DNA of 64,000 nt from Bacteroidota bacterium (lineage in GTDB: Bacteria > Bacteroidota > Bacteroidia > Chitinophagales > LD1), in NCBI GenBank assembly GCA_947476645.1, contig CANJRM010000007.1, positions 686 through 64,685 on the forward strand. The letters are read 5' to 3'. Both the position numbers and the translations under genes were made by a program. Of this stretch, positions 20,671 through 31,485 are shown one piece after another. Under the pieces are notes generated by a model, which saw only the letters and a program-made list of their open reading frames with translations, ran no database searches and was not told the DNA's origin. Every line of letters starts with the position of its first letter. The first letter of the stretch is position 1.

Positions 20671-20820
20671 GAATAATAAGTCATCCGAAATTTTAATCTA
20701 TTTTTTTTCTCATCACTTGCTGTGATTAGTGATGTTTTTAGAGGAGAAAGGACAGGGATAAATAAATTTCAAGCCAATTAAAATACTTCCCTTACATTTA
20801 ATTTTCTAAACACACACATC

Positions 20821-23349
20821 ATGAAAAATATTTTTACACTCTTCACTGTTTTGTTTTTTGTTTTCAGCGCAAAAGCACAAGGGCTTTGGGAACAAAGAGC
20901 TACTTGTCCAGCAAGTTCTAAAGGCAGTGTTTCTTTCAGCATTAATTCATTGGGCTACGTGTACACAGGGGAAGCCACGAGCAATTTTTATAAATATGAC
21001 CCCGCTGCAAATAGCTGGATCTTGAAAGCAGATTATCCGGGAGGGTTAAGGTATGGTGCTGCGGGTTTTGCTACCGATAGTTTTGGTTTTATTGGTGGAG
21101 GTAAAAATTCTTCGGGTCAGTTTTTTAATGATTTTTACCGGTATGACCCGGTGGCAGATAGCTGGATGGCGAAGGCAAATTATCCCGATAGTGTGGAGCG
21201 CGCTTTTGCATTTTGTATCAATAACACGGGCTACATTGCCGGTGGTAATGCCGATTTAGGCGTTAGCAAAATGTGTTATAGTTATAATCCTACAACTGAC
21301 GCATGGGCAATGAAAGACAGTTTGCCTATACGTATGCACAGCGGTTTTTCGTGTGCCGTGAATGGCAAAGGCTATTGCGGTTTAGGAGTAGGGTTATCTG
21401 GTACGGCACATCTCGATTCGGTTTATGAATACAATGCAGTTGCAGATTCGTGGGTGGCAAAAGCAGGTTATCATTTAGCCAATGCGAATTTTTATGCTTC
21501 GGTCTATTCGTTTGTAATCAATAATCTGCTTTATGTAAGCGACCACCGCGCTACTACCGGTACGCACGGGGCGGTAGGTATATTTGACCCTGCGATTAAT
21601 TCATGGTCGGTTATTAATACGTTTCCATTTCCTGCCGGAGGGGGGTGTGACCCGCTGACCAGTTATGTTGGATTAACCATTGGCAACCGCAGTTTTTTGG
21701 GCGGATGGAACGGTTGCACCAATACTACTTTTTGGGAGTATGACCCCGCTAACAGTTTTGCTATTTCTGCCATTACCCCCGATACCGTTTGCGAGCACGA
21801 TTTGATTCAGGTGAGTTTTTCTTCTTCGCTTACGTTTAATGCGGGCAATCATTTTAAGCTGAAGTTTAACGGCACCAATTATTCTGCCAACAATGCTCTC
21901 TCTGATTCAGTGGCAGGTACTTCTGCCGGCACCTATACTTTTAAAGTACCTTCCTTATTTTATTCTGGAAGCAATACGTTGGCTGAATTAGCTGTATACT
22001 CTACCGGCCCGGCTAATCAAACTTCGTATTTGAGTACCAAAGTTTTGGTGAAACGTGCACCGGTGGTGGAACTTCCTTTGGCTGCCGACTACTGGCATTG
22101 CCAAGGTAGTGCATTGCTTATTTACCGTGGAAATGCAGCCGGTGAAACACATTACTGGAGCAGCAATCCGTGGGGAATTTTAGATACCGCAAATGTGCTT
22201 TCCATTACACCAACATCCACTACTACTATTTATGTAACCGATGTTTACAATGCTACCGGTTGCAGTGCTTCTGATTCTACCGTAGTGCATTATTCTACAC
22301 TGCCTTCGTTGCAAATTACCGATTCGGTGTTTAGCATTTGCGCGGGCAGTGGTGTTGTTATTGGCGGAACAACTGTTGCCAATGGCAGTTATGCCTGGAC
22401 AGGAAGCGGGTTTAGTTCATCGGCAGTAAATCCTGCGGTGAATCCTGCTACGAATAGTACGTATCATCTTTTGCTGACCGATACAGCAACTACCTGCCGC
22501 GCTTCGGGTAATACGCAGGTTAATTTAGCGCAGGCACCGGCTCAAACTATTTGTTTTGTAACCGTTGATTCGGCTTCTACACATAACGTAATTGTGTGGG
22601 AAAAGGTAAACCGCGAAGCCAGTGACAGTTTTTATATCTACCGCGAAATATCTACAAATAATTATCAGAAAATTGGTGCGGTGCATGGCGACTCGCTCAG
22701 TGAGTTTCATGATTATGCGGCTAACCCGAATATAACGGCTTACCGGTATAAAATTTCTACCCGGGATACCTGTACCAACGAAGGCGCGCTGAGTCCTTAC
22801 CACAATACTATTCACCTGCAATATTTAGGCAGTGGTAATTTAATTTGGAATGTGTATCAAATTGAAAATGACACTACCCCCGTTAGTTCGTTTGATGTGC
22901 TGCGCGATAGTTTAGGAAACGGCAGTTGGCAGGTAATGTTGAATGTGCCCGGTAATCAATATACAGCTACCGACATTAACTTTAGCCAGCACCCGAATGC
23001 GCTTTACCGCATAGCCGCTAACTGGTCATATACCTGCACCGCGGCACGTAGTGGTGGTACGCAAGTGCTTTCAAATATTCTTTCTATTACCGGCACCGGT
23101 ATAGCAGGGCTTGCCGCAGAAAATGAGATTCAGCTGTATCCGAATCCAGCGGCTGATAAACTGTTTATACAAACCAACGGAGCCGAAATTGAGCAAATAA
23201 ATATTTACAATACTACCGGTAGTTTGGTTATGGGAGCCGGTTTCATACTCAATAATCAGGTATCAATTATTAATCTGGCTAACGGAGTTTACATAGCCCA
23301 AATAAAAACCAAAGACGGTATTGTAATGAAACGCTGGGTGAAGATGTAA
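20821..23349 (+). CDS. T9SS-secreted Kelch beta-propeller protein with Ig-like domains
   Basis: Signal peptide; repeated GG…YDP…W Kelch motifs; C-terminal LYPNPA…GVYIAQI sorting domain. Confidence 0.9.
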   Translation: MKNIFTLFTVLFFVFSAKAQGLWEQRATCPASSKGSVSFSINSLGYVYTGEATSNFYKYDPAANSWILKADYPGGLRYGAAGFATDSFGFIGGGKNSSGQFFNDFYRYDPVADSWMAKANYPDSVERAFAFCINNTGYIAGGNADLGVSKMCYSYNPTTDAWAMKDSLPIRMHSGFSCAVNGKGYCGLGVGLSGTAHLDSVYEYNAVADSWVAKAGYHLANANFYASVYSFVINNLLYVSDHRATTGTHGAVGIFDPAINSWSVINTFPFPAGGGCDPLTSYVGLTIGNRSFLGGWNGCTNTTFWEYDPANSFAISAITPDTVCEHDLIQVSFSSSLTFNAGNHFKLKFNGTNYSANNALSDSVAGTSAGTYTFKVPSLFYSGSNTLAELAVYSTGPANQTSYLSTKVLVKRAPVVELPLAADYWHCQGSALLIYRGNAAGETHYWSSNPWGILDTANVLSITPTSTTTIYVTDVYNATGCSASDSTVVHYSTLPSLQITDSVFSICAGSGVVIGGTTVANGSYAWTGSGFSSSAVNPAVNPATNSTYHLLLTDTATTCRASGNTQVNLAQAPAQTICFVTVDSASTHNVIVWEKVNREASDSFYIYREISTNNYQKIGAVHGDSLSEFHDYAANPNITAYRYKISTRDTCTNEGALSPYHNTIHLQYLGSGNLIWNVYQIENDTTPVSSFDVLRDSLGNGSWQVMLNVPGNQYTATDINFSQHPNALYRIAANWSYTCTAARSGGTQVLSNILSITGTGIAGLAAENEIQLYPNPAADKLFIQTNGAEIEQINIYNTTGSLVMGAGFILNNQVSIINLANGVYIAQIKTKDGIVMKRWVKM

Positions 23350-23447
23350 GATGAAATTCGAATTAAGTAACACTAAGTCATCGCATAGACGAAATGCGTA
23401 CACAGAAAAGCCGAGGAGCAGCGGTGGAGTTTGAATTTATGGGGAAT

Positions 23448-23482
23448 AAAAAGCCCGTTGCACTTGCGTGTAACGGGCTTTT
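23448..23482. terminator. Bidirectional intrinsic terminator
   Basis: aaaaagcccgttgcac-ttgc-gtgtaacgggctttt between convergent genes. Confidence 0.85.
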
Positions 23483-23503
23483 AAAATTTGAATCAACTAA
23501 TTT

Positions 23504-24367
23504 TTAAGGAAGAATAATATTGGTGGTCACTCCGTTTTCTGTCATAGTAGCGCGGTCATCGCAGGCACCGTTTCCAAAATCAAAATCTTTATCGGGCTGT
23601 CCTTGGGTTTGAAGTCTCAGTCCACCGCTAACAAAATGTGCTGCGCACAGCTCGCCATATTGCAACTGAGAGGTTACCGTTTGGGTAAAGGTAAGTCCGC
23701 TTGGGGTAGTCCCCGTTCCTGACCCAGTTAAGTATTGAATCCAATTATTTGTTCCTCCGGTAGTATCGTTTACAAACTCTACACTAAAATTATTAACCCC
23801 TCTCCATCTAAGTTCATCCAGTCTTCCGATAGTGGTTAAATTAGTAGTAATAGCAAGCGTATAGTTTCCACTACCGTTAATACCGGTATAGGTGTACTGA
23901 TAAGTTCCGTTGAGTGTATCGGTATTGTCAACCAGGTTAGTGACCGTCATACGGATATAGTTGCCTGTTTGCCCGATAAAAACATCGCTAACATATTCCA
24001 ACAGGAGTGAACCCGACATAAAGTCACCAGCCGTATTCGTGCATCCTGCACCAAAATCAACGGTTATCGAGCGCGGAGAAGAAGTCGTATCTTTTGTAAT
24101 TACTGCACAAGGAAAATCTCCGAAATAAAAATCCTCATCGGTTTTGTGAACACCTGCCAAGTGGTCTATCAACCCCGAAGCCATAGCTTGTGTTTTGAGC
24201 AAGTTTTGAAGTGCAGCGGGCTGCGCATTAGCAATCTGATTAAATATGGCAACCTGATTTTTATCGCTGATGGAAGGTGTAAGTCCGGTTTCCTTTTTAC
24301 AACTGGAAAGGAAAAAAAATGCCGCTATAGCGGTAAATGCGATGGTTCTGTTTATTTTGTTTTTCAT
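23504..24367 (-). CDS. Beta-rich lipoprotein of unknown function
   Basis: Lipobox FLSSC-KK; ITVDFGAGC and DFGNGACD motifs. Confidence 0.75.
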   Translation of the reverse strand: MKNKINRTIAFTAIAAFFFLSSCKKETGLTPSISDKNQVAIFNQIANAQPAALQNLLKTQAMASGLIDHLAGVHKTDEDFYFGDFPCAVITKDTTSSPRSITVDFGAGCTNTAGDFMSGSLLLEYVSDVFIGQTGNYIRMTVTNLVDNTDTLNGTYQYTYTGINGSGNYTLAITTNLTTIGRLDELRWRGVNNFSVEFVNDTTGGTNNWIQYLTGSGTGTTPSGLTFTQTVTSQLQYGELCAAHFVSGGLRLQTQGQPDKDFDFGNGACDDRATMTENGVTTNIILP

Positions 24368-24525
24368 GCTCTCCTTTACGATATGTGTTCATGCAAAGTT
24401 GCATAACACAACACACCGATTGTAAAAAATAACTAAGTTGTCGAAGGTTCTGAAGGTGGCCGGTTTTTGTTACTTTGTTAGTAGAAGTGAAATTTAGGTG
24501 CATATAAATTATTTTCGAAAAATAC

Positions 24526-25365
24526 ATGAAGGCCAACCGGCACAAACTTATTCTTATCCTAAACCTGGTGGCTGTGCTGCTACTCCCTTTACTAAATTGG
24601 TTTAATCCCATTGACTTTTATTTCGAAGATTCATTGGCGGCTCATCAAAAATGGTTTCCCTCTTTTTATTTTTTCACCTATCTGTTTTTCAAATTATTTT
24701 TTCCTGTTGCAAATGGTATAATTCTATATGGCATGCTGAGGTTTCAGTTTAAAACCGAAAACAGAATAGTCTTTCTATTGATTCTTATTCAAAGCATGCT
24801 TCTCTTTTTTGTTCTGCAAACTATTGGCTTTGTTGCGGCTTCGCTTTATGTGTATTTGCTTTTGCTGATAAGTGTTTCTGTTTTTGCATGGGGGAAGTAT
24901 AAAAATGAAATAGCAAAATGTATTACTGTAGCAAAGGAGAGTAAAGTCATAACCGGAGGTTTTCTTTTCACAATTTATATCACGCTCTGCTTACTTCTTC
25001 CGCGTGCCTATCCGTTTGCCAAATACACTATGTTCAATAAATTTTCGGAACACACTTCTGTTTTTTTATTGCGGAATAACCAGCAGGAACTTGTTCCTTT
25101 GAATGAATATTCAACCGTTGATGGCAATCATTTGTTTGAGTTGTATGTGGCTACTAACGAACAGCACGGCTTTATGTATTTAAGCAACGAAGAAAAAGAA
25201 GTAGAACAGCAATTGGTTTGTAAGGAATTACTTCATTCCATTTTTGCCGATTTAAAAAAGCCCATACCTTTTGATTCCATCAGCCTTAACCGAATTGATT
25301 ATTTCCTAGAGCAAAATAAAATAGCAAGCCATGAAAAGCAGCTTTACAAGTGCGCGGTGGAATAA
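24526..25365 (+). CDS. Membrane protein with C-terminal 'PF-xx-(Y/F)-x-M(F/Y)N' domain
   Basis: Several TMs, then AYPFAKYTMFNKF…FDSISL, matching 61625..62056 and 62124..62555. Confidence 0.6.
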   Translation: MKANRHKLILILNLVAVLLLPLLNWFNPIDFYFEDSLAAHQKWFPSFYFFTYLFFKLFFPVANGIILYGMLRFQFKTENRIVFLLILIQSMLLFFVLQTIGFVAASLYVYLLLLISVSVFAWGKYKNEIAKCITVAKESKVITGGFLFTIYITLCLLLPRAYPFAKYTMFNKFSEHTSVFLLRNNQQELVPLNEYSTVDGNHLFELYVATNEQHGFMYLSNEEKEVEQQLVCKELLHSIFADLKKPIPFDSISLNRIDYFLEQNKIASHEKQLYKCAVE

Positions 25366-26230
25366 TTTTTTTGCGAATGATTACTCGCCATTAGAATGGA
25401 CATCGGTTAAGATATCTATCAGCTCCATCGTGTGCTTCTTTTCTATTTACATACTCTATCACCGCTCCACTCAACCCTTTCCTTCGGGCATTTGTAATTA
25501 TATTAACTGTGCTTACGTGGCTACCGATGCCATTAGATTGCCGGTGAGTGTTTTGTTGGTTCTACTTTCGCTAATGTATATATCAGAAGTGCAAATGATT
25601 TTCTCAACGCTTCTTCTTTTTGTTTTAGCGGTCTTGATTTTTTCGTTAGATGAATCAAACGGCAACCCTGCCGAGAATGGAATTTTAGCTCTTGTATTCT
25701 TGGCGCAGTTCAGTGCTTACCTGCAAAACAGATTCAATGCGCAAAGCAATCTCTCTAAAAACCGGATGCAGTTTTCTGCGCAATTCTTTGCAGCTGCTTA
25801 CACTCTTTCCGCTATTTCAAAATTACATGTTTCGGGTTTTGCATGGTTTACAGATGACGCACCAAAATTTGCGCTCGAAGTAATGCGCGTGTTCAATTCT
25901 GTTTACGTCACCAATGGTTTAAATGAATACAGCCACAAGGGATTGTCGGTAGCTTCTTTCATTATCGCGCATCCTTTGTTCACCAAACTAATCCTTGGTG
26001 GTTCGTTGTTATTAGAGTTGTGTGCCTTCAGCTTAATGCTGAATAAGAAAACAGCCTTTGTCTATTCGTTTTTGTTGCTGGCTTTTCATGCAGGCATATT
26101 CTACACTTTGAATATTTTTTTTCCAACCATTACACTTCCCCTGATTGTATTTTTCATCAATCCTTTGTATTGGTTACTGTCGGGCGCGGGTTATGTTTAT
26201 GCCACTTTTGTAACTCCTAAGGTTTCCTGA
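25331..26230 (+). CDS. HTTM-like membrane protein
   Basis: PFPSGIC, AYTLSAISKL…GFAW, LLLEL, FHAGI; paralog of 60748..61647. Confidence 0.65.
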   Translation: MKSSFTSARWNNFFANDYSPLEWTSVKISISSIVCFFSIYILYHRSTQPFPSGICNYINCAYVATDAIRLPVSVLLVLLSLMYISEVQMIFSTLLLFVLAVLIFSLDESNGNPAENGILALVFLAQFSAYLQNRFNAQSNLSKNRMQFSAQFFAAAYTLSAISKLHVSGFAWFTDDAPKFALEVMRVFNSVYVTNGLNEYSHKGLSVASFIIAHPLFTKLILGGSLLLELCAFSLMLNKKTAFVYSFLLLAFHAGIFYTLNIFFPTITLPLIVFFINPLYWLLSGAGYVYATFVTPKVS

Positions 26231-27996
26231 TGAATAACACAGACAAATTCGTTACTGCGAAATCTAAATCCGTTGATGTAATAACCACGCTGGTGGTTAC
26301 GCTATCGTGTTTTGTTATTACCTGGTTTGTGTTTGGCTTTTACTATGTAGAATACGAAGGATTGAACACGAGCTTTTTCAGCGGTAAACTAACTCCCGGC
26401 TTACCCTTTCGTTCAGTTTACTTTTCGGGAAACATGGGCATCTCTTTCATCTACTCGTTCTTCTATGAACACTTTCCAAATGTGGAATGGCTTTCATGGA
26501 TTTATTACAGCTATTTATTCTTCTCCTGTTTCATTGGTCTATATATAGTGGCAAAACTATTGCCTGCTAAAACTTCTCTAACGGTAAAGATTTTTCTTCA
26601 ACTACTAGTTTATTACCTCGTATTTGCCGACCATCACATTCATTATATCTACACCCGCGTTTCGTACATGTGTTGCGGGCTTTCATTAATTGGGTTAGTA
26701 GTGTTTTTTAATTCAACCACTACCATCAAAGCGCGTTGGTGGCTATTTATTTTGCTCAATTTATTTTTCACCATTGGCGCGCTTACCAGAATAGAAGTAG
26801 CTACGGCATGTTTTATTTTGCTGGCCGCCTTTGCTGTTTTCTATTCGCAAAATATCAAACAAACGATGGTGCTGTTTTTATTTCCGGCTGTGGTAATCGC
26901 TGTGATGTCGCTCACACTTTCTGTTGATATTAAAACAGCTACATCGAAAGAATTCTACAAACAAGTAGAGCCGGATATTGAAGAACAGTTTATTGCCAGA
27001 GAAAACAGAGTGCCGCTTTCGTTTATGAAAACACACAGAGACACCGTGCTTTATACAACAGCCATGGAAATGATGTGGAGCGACCCGCAAATTATTTCTT
27101 CCAACTATTTGCGTTCCCTTATCCTTTCTGAAAAATTAATGTTCACAGATGCTAAACAATGGAACCGTGTTTGCCGAAGTTTTTCACAAGTGGTTATAAA
27201 ATATTGGTATCTGCTTTTGCTTACAGTGCTGTTGAGTGTTGCGGTTCTCGTGCAATACGGTTTGGGAAAATCGTTTCTAAACCGCCTCTATACTTTAGCT
27301 TTTGTGTTTTCGTTTTGGGGATTAACCATTGCTCAAATTTATACCGACAAAGTGAACGAACGTTCCTTCCTGCCGTTTTTGAGTTTGTTTATTTTCTGTC
27401 ATGTTGTTTTACTTGCCCGTAGCACTGCCACTCGCATTTCGTTATGGCTTTATCCTTTGTTCATTTCCTGTTCGGTTCTTTTAGGCATTCATTTTTTTGC
27501 TTTAAAAGAAGAGTCAAACACGCTTAAAACAGATTTGCTCAAGTATCAGGCTAACTATGAAAAAATAAAACAAGTAGCAGCCAATAAATACTTAGTCATG
27601 AACTCCACTTCGTTCGACTATATATTTTTAAGCAATGTTCCTTTTCACCCATTCGATTTTTCTGCCTTCAAAAAAATGTATATCACCGATGGATACATCA
27701 TTCCGTTTTTGCCATACTACAAACGTTATCTGGAACAGGAATGCAATTGCGATATCTATGCCTTCCCGAGTTTCTGGAAATATGTAAACAACATTCAGCA
27801 AGACGTGGTGATTGTTTCTACACCTCATCGAATAAAAGTGGTGAAAGGATATTTGGAAGAAATACATCATTTCCCTTTTCCTGTTGTAGAAGATAAGACA
27901 GTACAGTTGATGGAACAACGCAAAAGCGACAATAGAGAAACGCCTGATGAAATGAAGATGTATGTTTTTGAGAGGCAGAAACAGGATTCTATTTAG
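26230..27996 (+). CDS. Polytopic membrane protein, paralog of 18997..20670 (possible GT-C)
   Basis: Shared KQVEP(D/E)IE, VPL..MKT..D, LRSL.L and YL...CNC blocks. Confidence 0.55.
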   Translation: MNNTDKFVTAKSKSVDVITTLVVTLSCFVITWFVFGFYYVEYEGLNTSFFSGKLTPGLPFRSVYFSGNMGISFIYSFFYEHFPNVEWLSWIYYSYLFFSCFIGLYIVAKLLPAKTSLTVKIFLQLLVYYLVFADHHIHYIYTRVSYMCCGLSLIGLVVFFNSTTTIKARWWLFILLNLFFTIGALTRIEVATACFILLAAFAVFYSQNIKQTMVLFLFPAVVIAVMSLTLSVDIKTATSKEFYKQVEPDIEEQFIARENRVPLSFMKTHRDTVLYTTAMEMMWSDPQIISSNYLRSLILSEKLMFTDAKQWNRVCRSFSQVVIKYWYLLLLTVLLSVAVLVQYGLGKSFLNRLYTLAFVFSFWGLTIAQIYTDKVNERSFLPFLSLFIFCHVVLLARSTATRISLWLYPLFISCSVLLGIHFFALKEESNTLKTDLLKYQANYEKIKQVAANKYLVMNSTSFDYIFLSNVPFHPFDFSAFKKMYITDGYIIPFLPYYKRYLEQECNCDIYAFPSFWKYVNNIQQDVVIVSTPHRIKVVKGYLEEIHHFPFPVVEDKTVQLMEQRKSDNRETPDEMKMYVFERQKQDSI

Positions 27997-29155
27997 TAAC
28001 TGGGTAAGTTTTAACGGCAGTAACTACCCCCAATGAATCGGGAAACCAATATTGCGATTTGTGCACGAAGGAAATTCTGAAGGTTGAAGCCTTATCTGCT
28101 CTCTTCATGGGAAATGAATATTGAAGCGACTTTCCATCCAAAGGCACATCATCACCTTCTACGCCAAGTAAGTTGTGGTTGCCGAGGTTGGCGTACATCT
28201 CTTTATCAAACTGCTGTTTCTTATTGATGCGAATAGTTTTAGAGCCCAGCACATTTGAATCTTTATCCAGTACATCACAATTCAAAATCATCTCCGGTCC
28301 CGGACTAATCTTATGCGGCATGATGGTATTTTGCCAGGTTATAATTCCCTGCTTTTTATCGGGCGAAACGGAGAAATGAAAATCATTCATCACCAATTCA
28401 ATTTTCTCATCCACTTTTCCTTTTGCTTCATGCTGCCAGAAATAATAGTGTGTGCCTTTCCCCTTAGTATCATATTCCTGATGGCAATTCACACAAAGCG
28501 CCTGCCCTGTTTTTTGAATGGCAATGGTTGGATTCAGATTGCGCACTACATCGAAATGACAGAGATAACAAGTGATATTATTAGAGACAAGCGTTTGTAC
28601 AGTTTGCAACCGCGGAGTAGAATCATTTGCGGTAAACATATGTTTCAACGAGCGCAAGTTATTGCCATCAGCATGGCAACTCATACAGTCTATACTGCTG
28701 GCGCGTTGAGTACTGTCTTCCCTTGTAAGCGGTCGAGGATGCGCTTCTTTCAAGAGTTCTTCTGCAAATTGAAGCGGCTTACCGGTAGTGTCGCGCAAAA
28801 GCGTTTCAAACATATTTTGTGGAGTGTGGCAACCCATGCAATGCTCTATGGAAGTATTTACCTGCTTGGTATAAAAATCGCAATTGTATTTATCGCTATT
28901 TACAAATGCCTGATGTGCCAAGAGATTTTTGTAAGCATTGGCATGAGGTCCTTTCATCTCGTTTTCATATTCCTGCTTATGACATGAGGCACATTTAGCC
29001 ACTTGGTCAACGCGCTTCATTTTTTTGAACTCATCCGTTTGCAAAAAATCGTGATAGGATTTTTTAGATGAATTGCTAGAATGACAACACATCAGAATGA
29101 TAGAAATCATCACGGCTGTAAAAACTACGAAAACGATTTTTCTGATGGAGAACAT
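27989..29155 (-). CDS. Exported multiheme (5 CxxCH) c-type cytochrome
   Basis: CASCH, CMGCH, CMSCH, CYLCH, CVNCH; N-terminal signal/anchor. Confidence 0.85.
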   Translation of the reverse strand: MFSIRKIVFVVFTAVMISIILMCCHSSNSSKKSYHDFLQTDEFKKMKRVDQVAKCASCHKQEYENEMKGPHANAYKNLLAHQAFVNSDKYNCDFYTKQVNTSIEHCMGCHTPQNMFETLLRDTTGKPLQFAEELLKEAHPRPLTREDSTQRASSIDCMSCHADGNNLRSLKHMFTANDSTPRLQTVQTLVSNNITCYLCHFDVVRNLNPTIAIQKTGQALCVNCHQEYDTKGKGTHYYFWQHEAKGKVDEKIELVMNDFHFSVSPDKKQGIITWQNTIMPHKISPGPEMILNCDVLDKDSNVLGSKTIRINKKQQFDKEMYANLGNHNLLGVEGDDVPLDGKSLQYSFPMKRADKASTFRISFVHKSQYWFPDSLGVVTAVKTYPVTK

Positions 29156-29164
29156 ACGACAAAA

Positions 29165-30589
29165 CTAATTTTTCATTTGCTGCAATCTAACCCAATGCAA
29201 TGCTTTTTCAATGCGCTTGGTGAAATTAGATTTTTCGAAAGGCAATTCAACTAACTGCTTCATGTTTTTTGGTTTGCGCAACGTGTCAAATTGCAGCCAT
29301 TGTAAATACACTTTTCTATAGCAGAAATTGAAAAGAATGAATTCTAATCGTGCGAAGAACGAAAGTTTTGTATTGAAACTTCTCGCCACAATTCCACTTA
29401 GCGAATAATACTTACCAATAAATTCTGTTGCCCCGCTTTGAACATACTTTGCATCAACACCATTGGGTAAATAAGTCAATTGATTGCCATCGTAGCTCGG
29501 AATTTTTTCATTGAGAAACACGCCCTTTTTCTTTACATACTCATGCACTTTTGTTCCCGGGTTATAAGTAAGGAAGGTAAGCTTGGCATAAATAATTCCC
29601 ATACGCTGATAGAACTTAAATAACTCTTCAAAAGTGTTTTGGTGCGTGCCTTCTAATCCTAAAATAATTCCTGCAGCTATTTGAATTCCATACGACTGCA
29701 CCTTGCGAATAATGCGTTCGTAACTTTCAATATGGTTCGTATTCATTTTGTGAACTGAGTTGAGCGATTGCTGGTCAATTGATTCCAACCCGCAGTAAAT
29801 CATTTTGCAGCGGCTGTCTTTTAAAGCGGCTAATACTTCATCATTATCTAAAAGCTCAATACACATTTCCGCCATCCAACCCACTGCCCCGCTTTCCTTA
29901 ATCAACCTTGATGCTTCAATTACATGATGGCTATCTACGCCAAAATTGTAGTCAACCACATTGATGAACTTGTCTTTATATTGAGGCAAAATATTTTTCA
30001 ATGCATCAAGACTGCTCAGGTTGTAGTTTTTCTTTTGCATGGTGTGAACCATACAGAAAATACATTTCTCTGTACATCCTCTCGAAGTTTCAAGCGGATA
30101 ACCCATGAACTGATAATACTTTTTCGCACCAGGCAAAAAAGAAAAATCGGGTTGGGAGATTATATTGCTGTTATTCTCCCCAAAATATTTTTGCTGAAGA
30201 TTATTTGCTTTTAAATCTGCCACGAAAGCATCGACAATAGGTTCAAACAAACCACCCAATACTGATTCGGCATATTCCAAGCACATATCCGGAAGTAAAG
30301 AAGGTAACTCACCGCCCCAAACAATTTTTGATGAAGGAGAAAGTGATTTCAATTTCTTTGAAACTGTGATTGCCTGTTCAAAGTTTTGAGAAGAAACTTT
30401 CAAGCCAAACATCACCACGTCTTTTTCCGAAGGAGTATATTCTTTGTAATCAGTAAAGTTGAGGTCAACTATTTTTACTGAATATGATTTTGATAAACAA
30501 GCGGCAACAGACAGAAGTGAAAGAGAAATGACCCCTTTAGGGAAAGTGGGTAAATCTATAAGAATGATATTTTCGTTCCTGTCTTTCAT
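29165..30589 (-). CDS. B12-binding-domain radical SAM enzyme
   Basis: SLSLLSVAA, VWGG, ETSRGCTEKCIFC, GLES; start could be up to 15 nt further upstream. Confidence 0.85.
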   Translation of the reverse strand: MKDRNENIILIDLPTFPKGVISLSLLSVAACLSKSYSVKIVDLNFTDYKEYTPSEKDVVMFGLKVSSQNFEQAITVSKKLKSLSPSSKIVWGGELPSLLPDMCLEYAESVLGGLFEPIVDAFVADLKANNLQQKYFGENNSNIISQPDFSFLPGAKKYYQFMGYPLETSRGCTEKCIFCMVHTMQKKNYNLSSLDALKNILPQYKDKFINVVDYNFGVDSHHVIEASRLIKESGAVGWMAEMCIELLDNDEVLAALKDSRCKMIYCGLESIDQQSLNSVHKMNTNHIESYERIIRKVQSYGIQIAAGIILGLEGTHQNTFEELFKFYQRMGIIYAKLTFLTYNPGTKVHEYVKKKGVFLNEKIPSYDGNQLTYLPNGVDAKYVQSGATEFIGKYYSLSGIVARSFNTKLSFFARLEFILFNFCYRKVYLQWLQFDTLRKPKNMKQLVELPFEKSNFTKRIEKALHWVRLQQMKN

Positions 30590-30669
30590 TAAACCAATCA
30601 TCAAATTTGAAAACTATTTTAGGCAAATAGTTTTCGTTCACAATATGAATTATTTTTTCTTCACCCGCT

Positions 30670-31485
30670 ATGTTTAAGAACGCTACCGTAGAACAGAATC
30701 TTGCTCAAAACGGATTTGCGGTGATAAATGCAAATCTGCTTGCCGAAGTTGAAGAGTTGCAGAATTACATCGCTGAACATTTTCAATTTACGGGAAACGA
30801 TTTCTATTACAGTTTACTCGCCAATACTTTTGAGCAGAATAAAGTGTTGCAAAATTCTATCAGAAAAATCTTGAACAGTTTTTACGAAACTCAATTCACT
30901 GGTTGCAGAACAATCACCGAATCATTCCTTGTTAAACCTGCAAATACTTTCGATGAATTGCTGCTTCACCAGGATTGGAATTACACTGATGAAAGGAATT
31001 TCTCTGCTTACAACATCTGGATTCCTTTAACTGATGTAACGGAAGAAAACGGCACCTTGTTTTTTTTAAAGGGAAGTCATTTGTGGTTTAATAATCTGCG
31101 CTCAGCTACATTACCTACAGCAAGAATCAGCATGAACAATTTTTCTTCGGAGCAAATTGAAACGGTCATTGTAAAGAAAGGGCAGGCACTTCTTTTTCAT
31201 CCCGCAGTTTTTCATGGTTCGTATCCTAACCATTCTTTGCAAAACAGAATTGTAGTTACCGCCACGCTTTTATCTAAGGAGGCACCGTTCCTTTACTACC
31301 AACAAAGCGAATCGCCCAATGAAGTGAATGTTTTTCAACTGAATGACGATACTTTCTTGAAAGACTTGAAAACAATTGCAGTGGGAGGAAATCCTGATGC
31401 ACAGGAAATAAGTCGTTTGAAGTATTCGCATCAAACTATAACCGATACAGAGTTGAAAGAGAAATTACTGGCGCAAAGTTTATGA
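30670..31485 (+). CDS. PhyH-like Fe(II)/2OG dioxygenase
   Basis: LHQDW, NIWIPL, ENG.L…GSH, FHGSYPN…R. Confidence 0.9.
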   Translation: MFKNATVEQNLAQNGFAVINANLLAEVEELQNYIAEHFQFTGNDFYYSLLANTFEQNKVLQNSIRKILNSFYETQFTGCRTITESFLVKPANTFDELLLHQDWNYTDERNFSAYNIWIPLTDVTEENGTLFFLKGSHLWFNNLRSATLPTARISMNNFSSEQIETVIVKKGQALLFHPAVFHGSYPNHSLQNRIVVTATLLSKEAPFLYYQQSESPNEVNVFQLNDDTFLKDLKTIAVGGNPDAQEISRLKYSHQTITDTELKEKLLAQSL

